Part shown: one piece after another, positions 36,651 through 52,100 of the stretch
How the letters are laid out: every line of letters starts with the position of its first letter
Position numbering within the stretch: position 1 is the first letter of the stretch
NCBI GenBank assembly: GCA_964016885.1
Contig: OZ024741.1
Span: 203,422,001 to 203,486,000 of the forward strand
DNA length: 64,000 nucleotides
Source of the DNA: Eledone cirrhosa
Lineage: Eukaryota
Reading direction: 5' to 3'
Notes under the pieces: model-generated
Database searches by the model: none
Told to the model about the DNA's origin: nothing
What the model saw: the letters and a program-made list of their open reading frames with translations, nothing else
Made by a program: the position numbers and the translations under genes

Positions 36651-37899
36651 CCTCCCCCTAGCTGTTCCTTTTGACCAACTTCCTTTTCTATTCTTTACCA
36701 CCCCACCTTTCTCTCCCTTCACCTCCCTCCTTTCTTTCTTTTCCATTTCCATCCTTTCTATGTTATTATTATTACTCTCTTTCTTTCTCTTGTTCTTTTT
36801 TTCTTTCCTTTCTTTCTTTCTTTCTTACTTACTTTCTCTCTTTTTTCTTTTTTTCTTTCTTTCTTTCTTTCTTTATCTTCCATGTTTTCTCTCATTTCTT
36901 TCTCCCTTTCTTTTCTCTCTTTATTTCTTTCTCTCTTACTTTTCTTTCTTTCTTTTTCTTCCCTGCTTCCTTCCCCATCTATCACTCCCCTTCCTTTTTT
37001 TTTATTCTTCCGTTTTCTACCTCATTTCCCTCACAGTGTATTTCACCATTAGGCTGTTCCGTTGATCGAACAAATCTAACACTGGTCGTCCTGGGACCAA
37101 TAATATAGTCTATGATCTTCAGTAATATTATTAGTAGCCATCATGATCGATGAAGCTGCAGCTGTGATCAATAACTAATCAACCAATCAGTTGATCTGCT
37201 TAGCAAACACTACAATCCGTTGTCTATATATTTTAGATTAATCAGTTACGAATATGATCGACTATAGTATGTAATATGTGTATACATGAGAGGAGAGGGG
37301 GAGAGGCGATGAGAGGATAGGAGAGGAGAGGGAGGAGAGGATATGAGAGGAGAGGAGAGGGAGGAAAGGGAGGAGAAGAGATAGAGGTAATGGATGTAGA
37401 AAAGTATGCAGGTTACAATGTGTATTTATTTTATATTTATTTAATCAATTTAAACATCCATGTAAAGCTGCTAAGCTATGACAGACTGAGATAATTGACT
37501 AATACCTAATAGTTCTTATATAAAGATCTGTGGTTCCCAAATTGTGCCTCGCCACACTAGTGTGCCGCGAGGTGGAATTTACTAGGCGAAGAATATGTAA
37601 GATTCAGTTTGAAAAATGTAAAACATATAAATTGAAATTCGTTATAAAGTTCAGGGGAAACAACTAAACTAAAAAACTAAAAATGGATGGAGCGTAAGAA
37701 GCGGAGTGGGAAGGCATAGAGAGAGAGAGAGAGAGAGAGGTGGGAGGGATAGAGAGGGAGGGTGAAGTAATATAGTGAAAGGCAAAAGCGTGAATAGATT
37801 TAGTTGAAGGAAAGAAGAAAAGTTGTGGTGGTTGTTTTGTGTTTGAGTGATGGTGTGGGGGGTGGGGGGTCCCATGTAACGGGATATATCTCAGGGAGA

Positions 37900-38333
37900 A
37901 GGAGAATATAATCAGAGAGAGGGAGAGGGAGAGAGGGCAATCAGTTAGAGGCAGAGAGAAGAAAGAGAGTAATCAGTTAGAGAGAGAGGGGGAGAGAAGG
38001 AAGAGAGTAATCAGTAAAAGAGAGGGAGGGAGGAAGAAAGAAACCAGTTAGAGAGAGGGGAAAGGAAGAGGGAAATCAATTAGAGAGAGAGAAGAGGAAG
38101 AGAGTAATCAGTTAGAGAGAGAGGAGAGGTAGAGAGTAATCAGTTAGAAAGAGGGGGGAAGGAATAGAGAAACCAGTAAGAGAAAGAGAGGGAGGGAGGG
38201 GAGAGGAAGAGAGTAAACTTCACACTTCCTCACTCTCTAAGGAAGAAAGTAATTAATTAGAAAGAGGGGTAAGGAAGAGAGTAATCATTACAAGAAAATA
38301 GTTAGAAAGAGGAGGAATTATAAGGTAGAGAGA

Positions 38334-38375
<42 letters not shown>
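37900..38375. repeat. Purine-rich minisatellite plus (GA)n
   Basis: AGAGTAATCAGTTAGAGAGAG variants. Confidence 0.8.
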
Positions 38376-38377
<2 letters not shown>

Positions 38378-38886
38378 CTTCATAGTTCATGCTTCTCTTA
38401 AAACGGATGCATTTTCGCTAAAATTCTCGCCGAAATAAGGGTGAAATTGAATGGAAAACAGGGTCACGTGTCAAAGTAATGTTGATTGTTTTGTTAATAT
38501 TCGACTTAAAAGATGGAGGGAAATAATTAAGATATATATATTTGCGTTGATTACCGGCATTAATATAAAGTTACTCGGCGCAGACGACAGCCCACAGCGA
38601 AGCTACATTATGAAGTGTGTAGTTTGAAATTGAAGATTCTATTTCGGTGAAGGTTAAAAGTTTGGTGAATTAGATTGGAGTTATTAGTGAATAAAAGACA
38701 TTATCAACCGATTTATGGTGCCACAGAATAGAAAAAATAAATGAAAACTTGTCATCAATTTCTCGAGATTTCTTGCGAAACACGAGATTTATATAAAGGC
38801 AGGAATTTTCGAGAGCTTCTGAAGATGTATCACAAGTAGATAAGCGACATAACACAATTTGGCAACCATTCGCTAACTAAGATTCT

Positions 38887-38958
<72 letters not shown>

Positions 38959-39025
38959 TATATTTATATATATATATATATAAATATATATTTATATATA
39001 TATATATATAAATATATATTTATAT

Positions 39026-39103
<78 letters not shown>

Positions 39104-39181
39104 ATATAAATATATATTTATATATATATATATAAATATATATATATATTTATATATATATATATATAAATATATATTTAT

Positions 39182-39282
<101 letters not shown>

Positions 39283-39932
39283 TATATGCACATATATACG
39301 TATATATATACACATATATATAAGCAGGCATACACATTTACACATACACATCCTATACATACATACACACACAAATATGTGTATGTGTAAGTGTGTGCGC
39401 ATATATATATATGTGTGTGTGTGAGTATCTTTTTCACAAATTAATATGCTCACAATTCATTGAAAAGCAATGAACAATTTTGGCAGAATGTATGATAAAA
39501 AAATGGACGGAACAATTGAAGTAATTGGGGGCCAAATGGAGTTAAGGAGTTGATGTGAAGATGGGTCATTGGAAGGCGGGTCACGTGAAATGACACTGTA
39601 AGTTTGACTGGGGACAAAATAGCCAACATGTGAATGCCCCGGTGGCAGGGCACTCATCAGTTATTAAATATGAGAGAATTGTTGTGAAGTGAGGTGAAGA
39701 TGTCATCGGTGGAGAGAATTGTGTCCTTAAACTGGCAAGATTAAGAATGGAACAATGGATTGTTATTAATAAATAGGTGTTAGGTGCTGCATACATTGCT
39801 TGAATGTTTGTGTTGGTTGGAATAATCTCTGGGGGTTACTATTGCAAAGAAATAACTAACTAGAGATTGGTTCAGGTATACCTTCGAATAGAGTAATATG
39901 GAAATGTTAGTGGGACGTCAAAAACAGTCATA

Positions 39933-40124
39933 ATAATTGTTTCTACTTTTGGCACAAGGCCAGCAATTATCCCAGTGTATTACTGGTGCTTTATTTTATC
40001 GACCCCGTAAGGATGAAAGGTAAAGTTAAGCTCGGCGGGATTTGAACTCAGACCGTAAAGGGACGTAACTCTGTGCTGTAAAGCATGGCGTCCGACCCTC
40101 TACCGATACTGCCAATCCATCCTC
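39933..40124 (-). mobile_element. tRNA-derived SINE
   Basis: GAGTTCAAATCCCGCCGAG B-box and shared body. Confidence 0.8.
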
Positions 40125-40559
40125 CTCCTGATCATCATTGCAATAATTATAATCATCATATTTGTCACCATCATCTTTATCATCATCATGATCACTACCA
40201 TCATCATCACAGTCATTATCATCATCATCACAGTCATTATCATCATCATCACAGTCATTATCATCATCATCACGGTCATTTTCCCCATCATCGCCATCGT
40301 CGATATGACTATCATCTTCATTATCGTCGTCGTCGTCGTCGTCGTCCTCATTATCATCATCATTCTCTTCCATCTCATCATCATAATCACCACCACCAAC
40401 ACCACCAACACCACCAACACCACCAACACCACAAACACCACCAACACAATCTCATCATCATAATCACCACCACCAACACCACCAACACCACCATCATCAT
40501 CATCAAATGTAATCAGCGATATCCTCATGCTCTGGATAACCACTATGGAAGTTAAATAA

Positions 40560-41890
40560 AAAGAAACAAGTAATGTTACTCCAAAGACCCTTCAGAGGAA
40601 CCCAATCTCGACTGCCTGTACTCGCAATCGTATTCGTTCGGTCCTTACACAAAATTCTATAGGTAAGGGTTGGCGCGAATACCGAATTGAAGATAGCGAG
40701 TTTGGCCTCTCTTCTGATTACCAAATGCTGAAGCTGGCGCATTGTTGCAACATCTCCTGTAATTCTTGCATTTAATACAGCTTCCTGCCTTCCATCATTG
40801 GTGAACACGACCCCGAGATACTTGAACTTCTCTACCTGCTTCAGTGGAACTCCACTCACATGTAGTGTATATTGTGCAGGCTTCCTTGAGACGACGAGTA
40901 TCTTAGTCTTCGCAGCACTGATTTTCATTCCAGCCATGCAGCACTCGGCATCAAACCTGTTAAGTGCATGATATCGGATATCATCTTCTGACAAATTAAG
41001 TAATACCATGCCGTCTGAAAATTCCAGCCGACTGATCCTACATCCACCAGTCCTGAACCACCTCCAACCCGGCTGTACATGTCCATCTTGTTTATGAAGA
41101 TTATGAACAGGATAGGTGACATACGTACCTTTGGCGGAGTCCGACACCCACATTGAATGGTTTCGACTTAGCACCATTTATCTGATCAAAAATGCTAAAC
41201 CATTCATATAGTGACATCAGAGCAACAAGAAGCTATCCATCGATCGCTTACTCCTGCAGAACCTGCCGCAGTAGGTGCTGTGGAACGACGCCATATGCCT
41301 TTTCTGGGTCTATGAAGAAAGCATACAGCGTTTGGCAGTTCTCACACGATTTCTCAAAGACCTGCTACTGTGTGACTATTTGGTTGGCTGTGCTGCGTCC
41401 GGGGCAAAAACCACACTATTTATCAGTTAGCTTGGACTTGACAATGTCCCTACATTTCTTTGTCAGACAGTTAGCATAGACTTTACCGGGGATGTGTAAC
41501 AAAAAGATCCCTTTAAAATTGGAACAATCTCTCTTCTCTCTCTTTTCGAAATTGGGATTATCACCCACGATTGCCATTGCTTAGGTGCCTTTCCAGAGAA
41601 CCAGGCAACCCGGCACACACGGATCAGCCAGAGAATATCTTCTCTACTTAAAGCTTTTAACATTTCGTGCTGAATTTCATCCTCCCCACCGGCCTTGCCT
41701 CATTTAATTGCCTCTTAATTGCTCTTATGACCTCAGTCTCCGTGAGATTAGTCATCGCCCCAAGATGCACCTCGTCTATATCAGATGTTGTTGTGACCAG
41801 ATTTAGGGGATCAGTAAATTATTCTCTCCACTTCACGAGAATATACCACTCTCAAGAGAGGAACACCCCAGACGCATTCCTGATAGTAGG
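40560..41890 (-). pseudogene. Decayed RTE-clade LINE RT
   Basis: EMLKAL..WL.RVC..AW.SG.AP..WQ..VIIPI; GMKISAAKT; KQVEKFKYLGVVFTNDGRQE; PTLTY. Confidence 0.8.
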
Positions 41891-42853
41891 TGTTTATATG
41901 AAATTGTCGGCTTCATTCCGTTTTGCTCGAGTGACCGGTAACAACGTGTGAGCGGCTGCAACAAAGTTCAAATCAAAACGTTTTAAAGCGTTTGAAAAGT
42001 CGCCTTTGATCTGTCATCACGTGTCATAAGTGCGAATAACACCAAAGGTACATAAAACCCAGGGTTGCCGTCTGCATTACTGCATTTTGTTATAAGGCAT
42101 TGATAAATGAGTTCAACTATATATATATATGTAGCAAATGCAAACAAACTTGAACTTTTGTTCCCATGTTAGCTAGGTATGTCATTGCGACCACACATGT
42201 TGAACGTTTGGCTTCATGGATATTTATTTCCTTTGTTTGGGAAGGTGTCCCCAGATTGTCTTGAGGAATGGTTTTCTATAGTCCATTTTAGATTGTAATG
42301 AGATAACGCTATCCTCATAAAACGGTTTGCTCTCGGCTGCCCAAGAAGGCAATCCAGTTCAGTTTGTTCCAGCAACCAGAACAATGTAACTGTCAACAGA
42401 CACTAACTTCGATCCTCTCTGTCAGCATGCCAAGGTAGCTATATCCCGTTCGAGTTTAACAAACGTTAGTTACATGTATCTTTTCAGACTATGAATTCAT
42501 ACATACACATCGCATCTGATTCATAAAATCACACAATTCAACTGAATATCTTTGTTTTTCCTATAATGTCACAATAACTTCGAAGTAAGTTATTAATTAA
42601 TAAAATTATTTAAGTAGCAGCTATTGTTATTCGTTCATTCAATACTGGCTATGGAAAACATATATCTCGACTCAACGAGACATACACAGTGCTTTATATG
42701 GAACAGATAGACTTACACATTTACCCATCAAGCCAACGTTTACTCCTACAAAATTCCTGCCACAGCACAATGAACCACTGACCAATTCAGACAACAACAC
42801 AAACAACATCTAATTCATCTACCCGCTACATACCCCCCCCTCCACACATATAT

Positions 42854-42908
<55 letters not shown>

Positions 42909-44152
42909 GGTGTGTGTGTAAAGGGTAAACAGAAATAACAAGACAATCGTTACAAATGGAAGGAATATATTAGGTTAACGCTTGGACGAAGTCTATAAAA
43001 AGTGTAAGTCAAGCAATGCCATTTTAGAATTACTATGTGTGAAACTATTAAAGTAAGTCAACTTCCCTTGATCATCTCTACAACTTCGGTTGCAAAGAAA
43101 TGACGCTTCGCAATTTTGGAAAGAATTCGATTATACTTAAAATGAACAATGATTCAAGGACGGTTGTCATCACCGGATCGTATTTCAATTGAGAAATTAC
43201 ACAACAACATATTCGAGGAATCTTCTTGGAATATATTTTTAAATGATGTAAATGTTTATTTCTTATGCAAATGTATATACTACTGCAGTTCCCATTGTAT
43301 GTAAACAAAATACTGTTTATGCTATAAGAAAGCATTTTAAACGATAGAAATGCAGTGAAAATTGCTGTTTTTTTTCTATCAGTCCCCATCACCTCACTAA
43401 AAAATTATAGCTCGACATATTTATGTTTGTTAAATGTAAAGATGGTATAACAAGAGAGATCCACCGACTTTCTTTTCCCAAGCCATAGATTATGATTATC
43501 TCGATGAAAATATGTATACCTTTCTTTTATTTTTTTTTTGTACGCAATTTCTACTTGTTTAAATGACATTGCGTTTCTGTAGAAAATCTACGACACTATC
43601 CTGATTGATAATTTTCATTATAAACATGAAATAGAAAGGCACAACGAAAATGTTCCTAGTTTACGTTTAGCTTAAATATATATATTCAACACAGGACAAA
43701 GACAATGGAAAAAACAACGGAAAAACAGCCAGTCCCATCTCCTCAGTAAACCTCTGGAAATCTCTACGGTTTCAGAAAATTTAGGTTGATACCTTTCATT
43801 CCACTGCACATTTGGAAATTTCAAAAAAGGTAGATACAAGTTATGCCTTTAGGCTAATTACAAATATAGAAGAAAAAGCATCCCAAGTGTGTCAACTCAC
43901 AAAGAAGGGGGAGAACTGTGCGCGAGGGCTTCGCAAAGGGAGAAAAAATAAAATATATAAAGGAGAGAAATAGTAAAACAGAATGTATCTTTATATATAT
44001 ATATGTACATATACACATATATATGTATGTACACACACACAGACACACACACATATAATACTGAAATGAAGCTATCGAATAGGACCGATACATCTTCGGT
44101 CGTTTTCCCCTTCACTCAACAATTAAGTTAGTATCATTAAAATACAAACCCA

Positions 44153-44347
44153 AGAAGGTTGGCTGAAAAGTTCATTGACTAACAAAGATACTCCCATGGA
44201 ATGACCAAATAATGTTTATTTTTCAACATAGTCCCTGGAAAGAAATAATGTAGTTATTAATAAGAAGAGTTGAAATTAATGCATGTAAGATTTCACAGTT
44301 TCGACATCACTCCTGTCAGCCTATGAGCTTTTCAGCCGACCCTTGTA
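44153..44347. mobile_element. Tc1/mariner-type MITE
   Basis: Imperfect TIRs AGAAGGTTGGCTGAAAAGTTCAT / ATGAGCTTTTCAGCCGACCCTTG-TA. Confidence 0.6.
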
Positions 44348-44396
44348 TATACGTATATATATATATATATATATTTATGTGTGTGTGTATATATAT

Positions 44397-44452
<56 letters not shown>

Positions 44453-44472
44453 GTGTGCGTGTATATATATAT

Positions 44473-44508
<36 letters not shown>

Positions 44509-44682
44509 GAAGAACCCTCTTCGGATAAGGATATATATAAATATATAAATATAAATCCGTAGAGCAAATATTTATTAAAATAACAGATTAAAGCAAATAA
44601 TCGCTGTTTTCACCCTTAACGGGATCTTTTCGCTAAGAGAGAAAGCAGCGATTCCTTGCTTAATCTTTAATCTGTTATCTTA

Positions 44683-44753
<71 letters not shown>

Positions 44754-44837
44754 AAAGTTCTATTTAAATTGTTGGTATACAACAAGCAAATATTTTTATA
44801 AGTGATATAAAGCACTCAACAATAATTGGAGTAAAAA

Positions 44838-45115
44838 TACGATATTAACAAATGGAAACTATATTTAAAAAACCATATTTATTTCATTATACATATTTCA
44901 AGGACACCAAGTTAAATTATGATGTGCTTTATCCGTGAGCTTCCAACAGTAATAGTTGCATTCTTTAAGGGTATGTCAATATTTATTTATAAAACTGCTC
45001 TATATTGTATTTTATCTGATGAAAGCACACCATCATTTAACTAGGTGTCCTTGAAATATGTATAATGAAAAAAATATGGTTTTATAAATATAGTTTCCAT
45101 TTGTTAATATCGTAT
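44838..45115. mobile_element. Fold-back hammerhead cassette between TA tracts
   Basis: About 44838-44930 inverted at about 45022-45115. Confidence 0.7.
45010..45070 (+). ncRNA. Type I hammerhead ribozyme
   Basis: TTTTAT-CTGATGA-AAG.ACACC/GGTGT.CTT-GAAA-TATGTA-TA-ATGAAA. Confidence 0.75.
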
Positions 45116-45254
45116 ATATATATATATATATGTGTATGTATATATATATATATATATATTTATATAGATATTTATTAAGCTCTACGGATTTATATATACA
45201 TGCATAAAGAAAGTATATACTTTCAGACGTTCAACCATCTGGCAGGAAGGTATA

Positions 45255-45295
45255 CGTTGCTGACGATAGCTAATAAGCGTGAAACTAGTACAGCG
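45255..45295 (+). ncRNA. Minimal type I hammerhead ribozyme
   Basis: CGTTG-CTGACGA-ta GCT aata AGC gt-GAAA-CTAG-TA-CAGCG; palindromic ACTAGT. Confidence 0.75.
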
Positions 45296-45439
45296 TTCCT
45301 TTGTCAGTGTTGAACAAATGAGCAACGATGGTTGCTAGACACTACGGCTTAATACGGGATGTTTGTTTACAAACACACCGAGCATTATAATAAATGTTCG
45401 GTGAATCCATACGTACATATATATATGTGTGCATGTATG

Positions 45440-45549
<110 letters not shown>

Positions 45550-45650
45550 ACTGTACGTCTGTATACATATATGTATGTACGTATACATACTTATGTTTAA
45601 GTAACAGCCGTACTAAGAGGGAGAAATGAAATTTCGTTTCATTTTTTTCC

Positions 45651-45689
<39 letters not shown>

Positions 45690-46472
45690 CAAAATCAAGT
45701 ACAACTGAGCAGTAGGCTCCAACAGTGTTGAACAAAATGGCAACGATGGTTGCCGAACACTGTACGGCTTAATTCGGGATGTTTGTTTACAAACTAACCG
45801 AACATAATAATTAATGTTCAGTAAACCCATTCGTACATATATATATATGTGCATGTATGTATGTACATACTACTGTACGTCTGTATACATATATGTATGT
45901 ACGTATGCATACAGATATATATATATATATTTCACATGCACATACATATAAAATTTTATATACACAGTATATATATAAATGTTCGATCTGTAACAGTTCC
46001 TCCCTTGAGCTGATTGTCGGAGAAACATATGTAATATGTTAATAAATTGTGTTCTAATGCACCACTGATTCCTCGTTATCTATAATAATATACTCTGCTC
46101 TGCGTCAGCATTGAGTGCTCAAACGGCATACTGCTTACGGACGCATTTATTGCAACCATACAATAACTATATATATATATATATAAATTATTAAAAAAAT
46201 AATGAATAAACAAAGAAACAGTTCCTTATATTAAACAAAAAAAGTTCCTTATATTAAACAAAAAAGTTAAACAAAAAAAGTTTTTTTGTTTAATATAAGG
46301 AACTGTTTCTTTGTTTATTCATTATTTTTTTAATAATTTATCTTGACTCCGTTTTCCGTTTATTTTTCACCGAAAGTAGTTTTTGAATGCATCTTCTCTT
46401 TTCATGATATCCGGATTACATTGAGTTCTTCATACGGATTGGACACTACCGTAAACTTTTGGTAGATTTATC

Positions 46473-46622
<150 letters not shown>

Positions 46623-47060
46623 GAGTGGGTACCGAGACTGCGCTATCGTGTATAAATATATACACATATCTAATTTGGAGGCATGCCAGAAATTGCAAGT
46701 TTCCTTGGAGATTGAAAAATATAACAAACAGATTTAATCGATTTTCGGACCTAGTTGGGTCTTCATTAAAAGGCGTATATATCAGCTAAACAGGTACAAG
46801 AGAACACGTTTTTGATAGGCTTATATACCCATTCACTCTTTGCAGTATTCTGAAATAGACGTACTATTTTTCATGTAATTACCACTTATGCTGGTAGTTA
46901 AGATATATATTAAGAAGTGCGTTAAACAGCCAAGAGTACGATAAAATTATATCTGTATATATACAGAGTGACTACCCAATGTGTATATAAATATACACAC
47001 TTTAATATGTAGACATGTAAACATGTAATCAAATGCTGGTTTCCTTGTGGTTGCTTAGAT

Positions 47061-50000
47061 CAGCGGTCGCCAACATGGGTTCCGCGGAACCTTGGGGTTC
47101 CGTAAAACAAACTCCGGGTTCCTTAAAAAAATAAATATTTACATTACCATTAATATTTTGGGTTTTCTGAAAAAGGTGCAAAGAAAATGCCAAAGGTGCA
47201 ATGTATAAATGAACAAGTACTATTGTAGTGTACACAGGTTCTCCACTCCAATTGGTCGAAAACACTACTTTCAGTTTCTCACTTGAATTAGCAGAAAAAC
47301 ATTGTTCTGAGATTCGTGGAAATTGAATACTTTCAATTTCACATCAATTCTTGAAAAGACACAGTTTTCTGAATTCCGAGGATTTGACTACTACTCATAA
47401 TACACTAATTGAACTTAGAAATTGACCAATCACGAACAAGTAAATGTTGGTCGATGACAGCATAACTTTAAACTGAAAACTTCAGTTCAGCGAGGTCTCT
47501 CAGCCAAGAGGCAGGGTCAGTTCGCTGTTCTCACAACGTAAGTTCAGTAGAATGTTTTCAATAGAGAACACGTTTTAATCTGCTGCCCTCACAAAAGCTT
47601 TAAAGTCGTCTAAAGTTTCCCCACTGAGTGAACTCGCTTACTAGTCGTTTTCAACATGCATCCAGTTCCACAGACAATTCTAAATAATAACACGTTACAT
47701 TCGGTTGTACTTTGCACAGAAAATATAACGCCTGTAAAGTTTTGACTACTAACAAAGGTAATTTTGTATTCCATGCATACACTATAAACTTTGCCACACA
47801 ATTATGTATTCATTTGATGACATCTGCATTCACAATTGAGAAATTACTTTATACAATAAATATATATGTCCATAAACATTTGACTAAACTTTATTTGTTC
47901 CAATCTAATATATGTTTAACGCAGCCTAAAGCCTTCTTATATTATATCTAATTTTGAGTCAAAATAGATAGAAGATATCTGAATTAATTTCCAATACCAT
48001 CGTCACATCTACACTATCAGCTGATTTGCATTTTTTGCACCTTTTAGTATGGCGGATATTTAAATATATTTACATTACCAATAATATTTAATACGACTCT
48101 AAAGTAGTATATGCAGGAAGTGCTGGACTCTGAAAAAAATTTCTTCTAGTTCATAAATTTGCACCTTTTTCAGTAACCCCTAATATTTTAATATTATTAT
48201 AAGACTTTAAATAATATGTTTGCCATCCTAAAATGGAGAAATTTCAATTTTTAAAAATTAAAATTTTTTTTTAACTAGTCAAGTTATTCCAAATATCTAA
48301 AATTAAAGTTAATTTAAGTACTTTTTGTAATTAAAAAAACTGTTAATTTCTCTTGTTTATTAATGTCATATTAAAAATGTTAACTGTAGATAAATAACAT
48401 TGATATGATGTCTACTGCAAAGAAGCTGAAGTTAGATACTAGCAGTAAGGTTAGACAGTGGTGTGATGATTATGTTAGATATGGATTTCAAAAAGCTGAC
48501 ACTAAAAAAGATACACCAGATCAGCCCATGTGTTTGCTATGTTCAAAAGTTCTATCAAATAGCTGTTTAAATCCTGCAAAACTTAAAAGACACATTGATA
48601 CTAATCACACCAATGATAAAAACAAGTCACTGGAATACTTTACTTCGCTGAAAAACAACATTAAAAAATCACAAGCTAATATGTATGACTTGTTTTGTAA
48701 AAAGTCAGATAGAAATAAAGCTTTAACAAGAACATCTTTTGAGATTTCACATTTGATTGGTAAAAACAAGAAACCATTTACATTAGAACAGTTAATTCTG
48801 CCAAGTATAAACATTGCTACAGAGAATCTTTTTGAAAGCTGCAGTATTAAGGACAAAGAAAAATTAAGCCAGTTACCATTGTCAACAAATACCGTAAAAA
48901 GAGGGATAATTGATATTTCTTCTGATATAGAAAATCAGATACTAACTGCACTAAAGAAAAGCCCATGTTTTGGACTGCAAGTGGACGAAACTACGGATAT
49001 TAATAACAAGGCTCAATTAATTTGCTATGTACGGTTTGTAGACCTTGATAAAAAAGAATTAGTAGAAGAGTATTTGTTTTGTCTGGTATTAGACATCACA
49101 ACTAAAGGTCAAGATATATTCAATAAAATTGAAGAGTATTTTTTAAAAAATGGTGTATCTTGGAGCAAGTTGACTTCAATAACAACAGATGGAGCAGCTG
49201 CAATGACTGGTAAAAATTCTGGTTTGATTGCAAAAATTAAAGAACAGACCCCAAATTGTATTTCAATTCATTGTATGATTCATCGAGAGGTTTTGTGTTA
49301 AAAAAAATTCAAAGACAGAGATGCTCAAATATTAAATGACCAGCTGAAAGACATTGTCAAAATTATCAATTTGATCCATGCAAGAGCAAAAAATTCTAGA
49401 ATGTTTGAATCTATTTGTGAATCTTCTGGAAGTAATTATAATAGATTGTTATTGAACAATGGTGTGCGTTGGCTGTCTTTTGGGGATGCTATGAAGAGAG
49501 TTTTTGAACTGGGAGAAGAAATAATAGTTTTTCTAAAAAAACAGAATGATGAAAGAGCAAGTGTATTAGAAACCAATGAATGGAATGTGCAACTCGCTTA
49601 TTTAGTAGACATTTTTGGTGAACTGAACAAACTAAATAAGTGTCTTCAGGGTATTTCAGTGTCTGCAGATATTTTTACTTCAATCAATTTTATTACATAT
49701 TTTCAATCAAAATTAAACATCTTTATAAAAAGAATTGAATCGGACAATTACTTTCAAACCTTGAAATAGAGCTTAAAAAGAGAGAAAATGTTGACGCCAG
49801 CAATCTAAAGAAGATTATTCTTTCTCATTTAAATGTGCTTTCCACGGGTTTTTCAGATTATTTTGACTTGATGGAAAAAGATATTGTTAGCGGAAATTTA
49901 TGGATAAAAAACCCGTTCACCGAGATCGAACAGTTAGTGTCAGAAAATGACGCTGGAAATTGTAAAAATTTACTACCTGCTCAATGCTTACATCAGTTGA

Positions 50001-50442
50001 TGGATTTGAATTCAAACGAAGACCTGAAAGTGATATTCGAAAGCAGAAAGAAAGAACTATGGATCGACTTATTCTTGATTGGGGAGTTTAATGAAATCAG
50101 CCAACTTGCATTGAAGTAGTTGACTTTATTCCCATCTAGCTATTTGTGCGAAAAAGGGTTTTCACAGTTGTTGGAAATCTGCACAAAAAGAGGAATAAAC
50201 TGTCAGCAATTGACGAGTGTATGAGACTGGCATTAACTAGTGTTGAACCTCGATTTTCTAAACTCACTGATGAGGCGCAGCAGCAGAAAAGCCATTGTGT
50301 TCGATTACATACACACGCATGAAACACTAAAATAAATAAATACTTTATTATTTTTTTTGAAAAGTTTTGTATTGTATAGGTTCCGTGAAGAATTCAAAAT
50401 ATTTAGAGGGTTCCTCGGTTTTAGAAAGGTTGGCGACCACTG
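47061..50442 (+). mobile_element. hAT DNA transposon, Buster/Charlie type
   Basis: TIRs CAGCGGTCGCCAAC / GTTGGCGACCACTG; 8-bp TSD GCTTAGAT (47053-47060, 50443-50450) with central TA. Confidence 0.95.
48405..50322 (+). pseudogene. hAT transposase (BED finger, DDE), disrupted
   Basis: PMCLLC..KLKRHIDTNH; QVDETTD; TTDGAAAM; HCMIHRE; VRWLS; SYLCEKGFS. Confidence 0.92.
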
Positions 50443-50570
50443 GCTTAGATGATATACAGGTCTTCTGATGAAAATGAATTAAAGGTTTTTATCAATTTTT
50501 CAATTTACATGGAAATTCATATTTTCTGGCATGTTCTTTTTTTTTAGTTATATATATATATATGCATATA

Positions 50571-50714
<144 letters not shown>

Positions 50715-50932
50715 TATATATATATATATACACACATATACAATAATAATAATAAATGTGAAGACTAAAATCCAAAGAGGGCTCGATAAGGAGAAATATA
50801 TATAAAATGTATAAGGACCCCAGAGCAAATATTTATTAAAATAACAGATTAGAGTTTTCAGAAGATCCCATTAAGGGTGAAAGCAGCGATTCTTTGCTTA
50901 AACTATAATCTGTTATTTTAATAAATAAATAA

Positions 50933-50991
<59 letters not shown>

Positions 50992-51006
50992 CAAAATCTA
51001 TATATG

Positions 51007-51045
<39 letters not shown>

Positions 51046-51079
51046 CAAAATCAAGTACAACTCAGCCATAGGCTCCAAT

Positions 51080-52033
51080 AGGTTTCCTGCTAGTGTTCTG
51101 AAGAATTGTGGACATCAACTTTTATCCCCTCTTTTTAATATTTGGAGAAACTCACTGGATGCTACAGCTATATCCCTGAACTTTTCCTGTCCCAATATAT
51201 CGTTCCAGTTTTCAAAAAGGTGAACAAGTCCTTTGCAGTGAGTTACCGCCCAATCTCACTAACTTCTCGTATCATCAAGTTATTTTATAGGGTTATGAGA
51301 TCACGACTAACCCACTTCCTTGAAAGGAACAATCTGCTAAGTCCAGCCAGCATGGATTCCGTGATCGCAAGGACTGCCTGGCGTAGGTTTTAATGACATT
51401 CTAAAATCTCTGGGAAATGGTTCCAACATGGATGTTATTTGCCTAGATTTCAGCAAGGCCTTTAACAGGGTCGATCACAACATCCTGATGAAGAAACTAT
51501 TCAGCATTGAAGCCAGTGGGAAGTTGCTGTTTCCTGACAAACAGATCCCAGCGTAGTCGAAGGAATACAATCAAACTCAGCCAGAGTCAGTACTGGAGTC
51601 CCACAAGACACTACGTTGGGTTAATTTTCTTCATTATTTACATAAATGACATTATAGACGGCTGGAATGGAAATCAGTGCTGCGAAGACTGAGCCACACG
51701 TCCTCTCAAGGAAGCCTGCGCAGTGTACTTTACATCTCACTGGAGTTCACTGAAGCAGGTGGAGAAGTTCCAGCATCGCGGGGCTTGGCCCCCGTTCTAT
51801 TCGCCCTCTACAAAAATCAAACGCGGATCTCATTGCAGTCACACGACACAACTACATCACCTCAACTGGTTCAGATATCTTTAATATCATGCCGAAATAC
51901 ATCAAGAGAGACAGTTTCCTTAATATTCAAAAGTTTCCTGAACAAATTCCCCCAAGAAATCCCGGATAAACCACCTCCATCCCGATATATCTTCGAAAAC
52001 AACAACTCTTTACGGTGTCCAAAACATAACTAG
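51080..52033 (+). pseudogene. Decayed CR1-group LINE RT fragment
   Basis: VPVFKK, YRPISLTS, QHGF, DVICLDFSKAFNRVDH, FIIYIND. Confidence 0.75.
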
Positions 52034-52058
52034 GTTATGAAAGCATTATCTGAAAAAC

Positions 52059-52094
<36 letters not shown>

Positions 52095-52100
<6 letters not shown>

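Noticed and set aside
36267-37108. His/Pro-repeat and Phe-rich ORFs
   Set aside because: Explained by a 69-bp minisatellite and a (CTTT)n pyrimidine tract.
37524-37600. hAT-like TIR (CTGTGGTTCCCAAA)
   Set aside because: No partner TIR or TSD found.
40026-40555. Poly-Asp and poly-His ORFs
   Set aside because: (CAT)n/(CAC)n trinucleotide tract between a SINE and an RTE 3' end.
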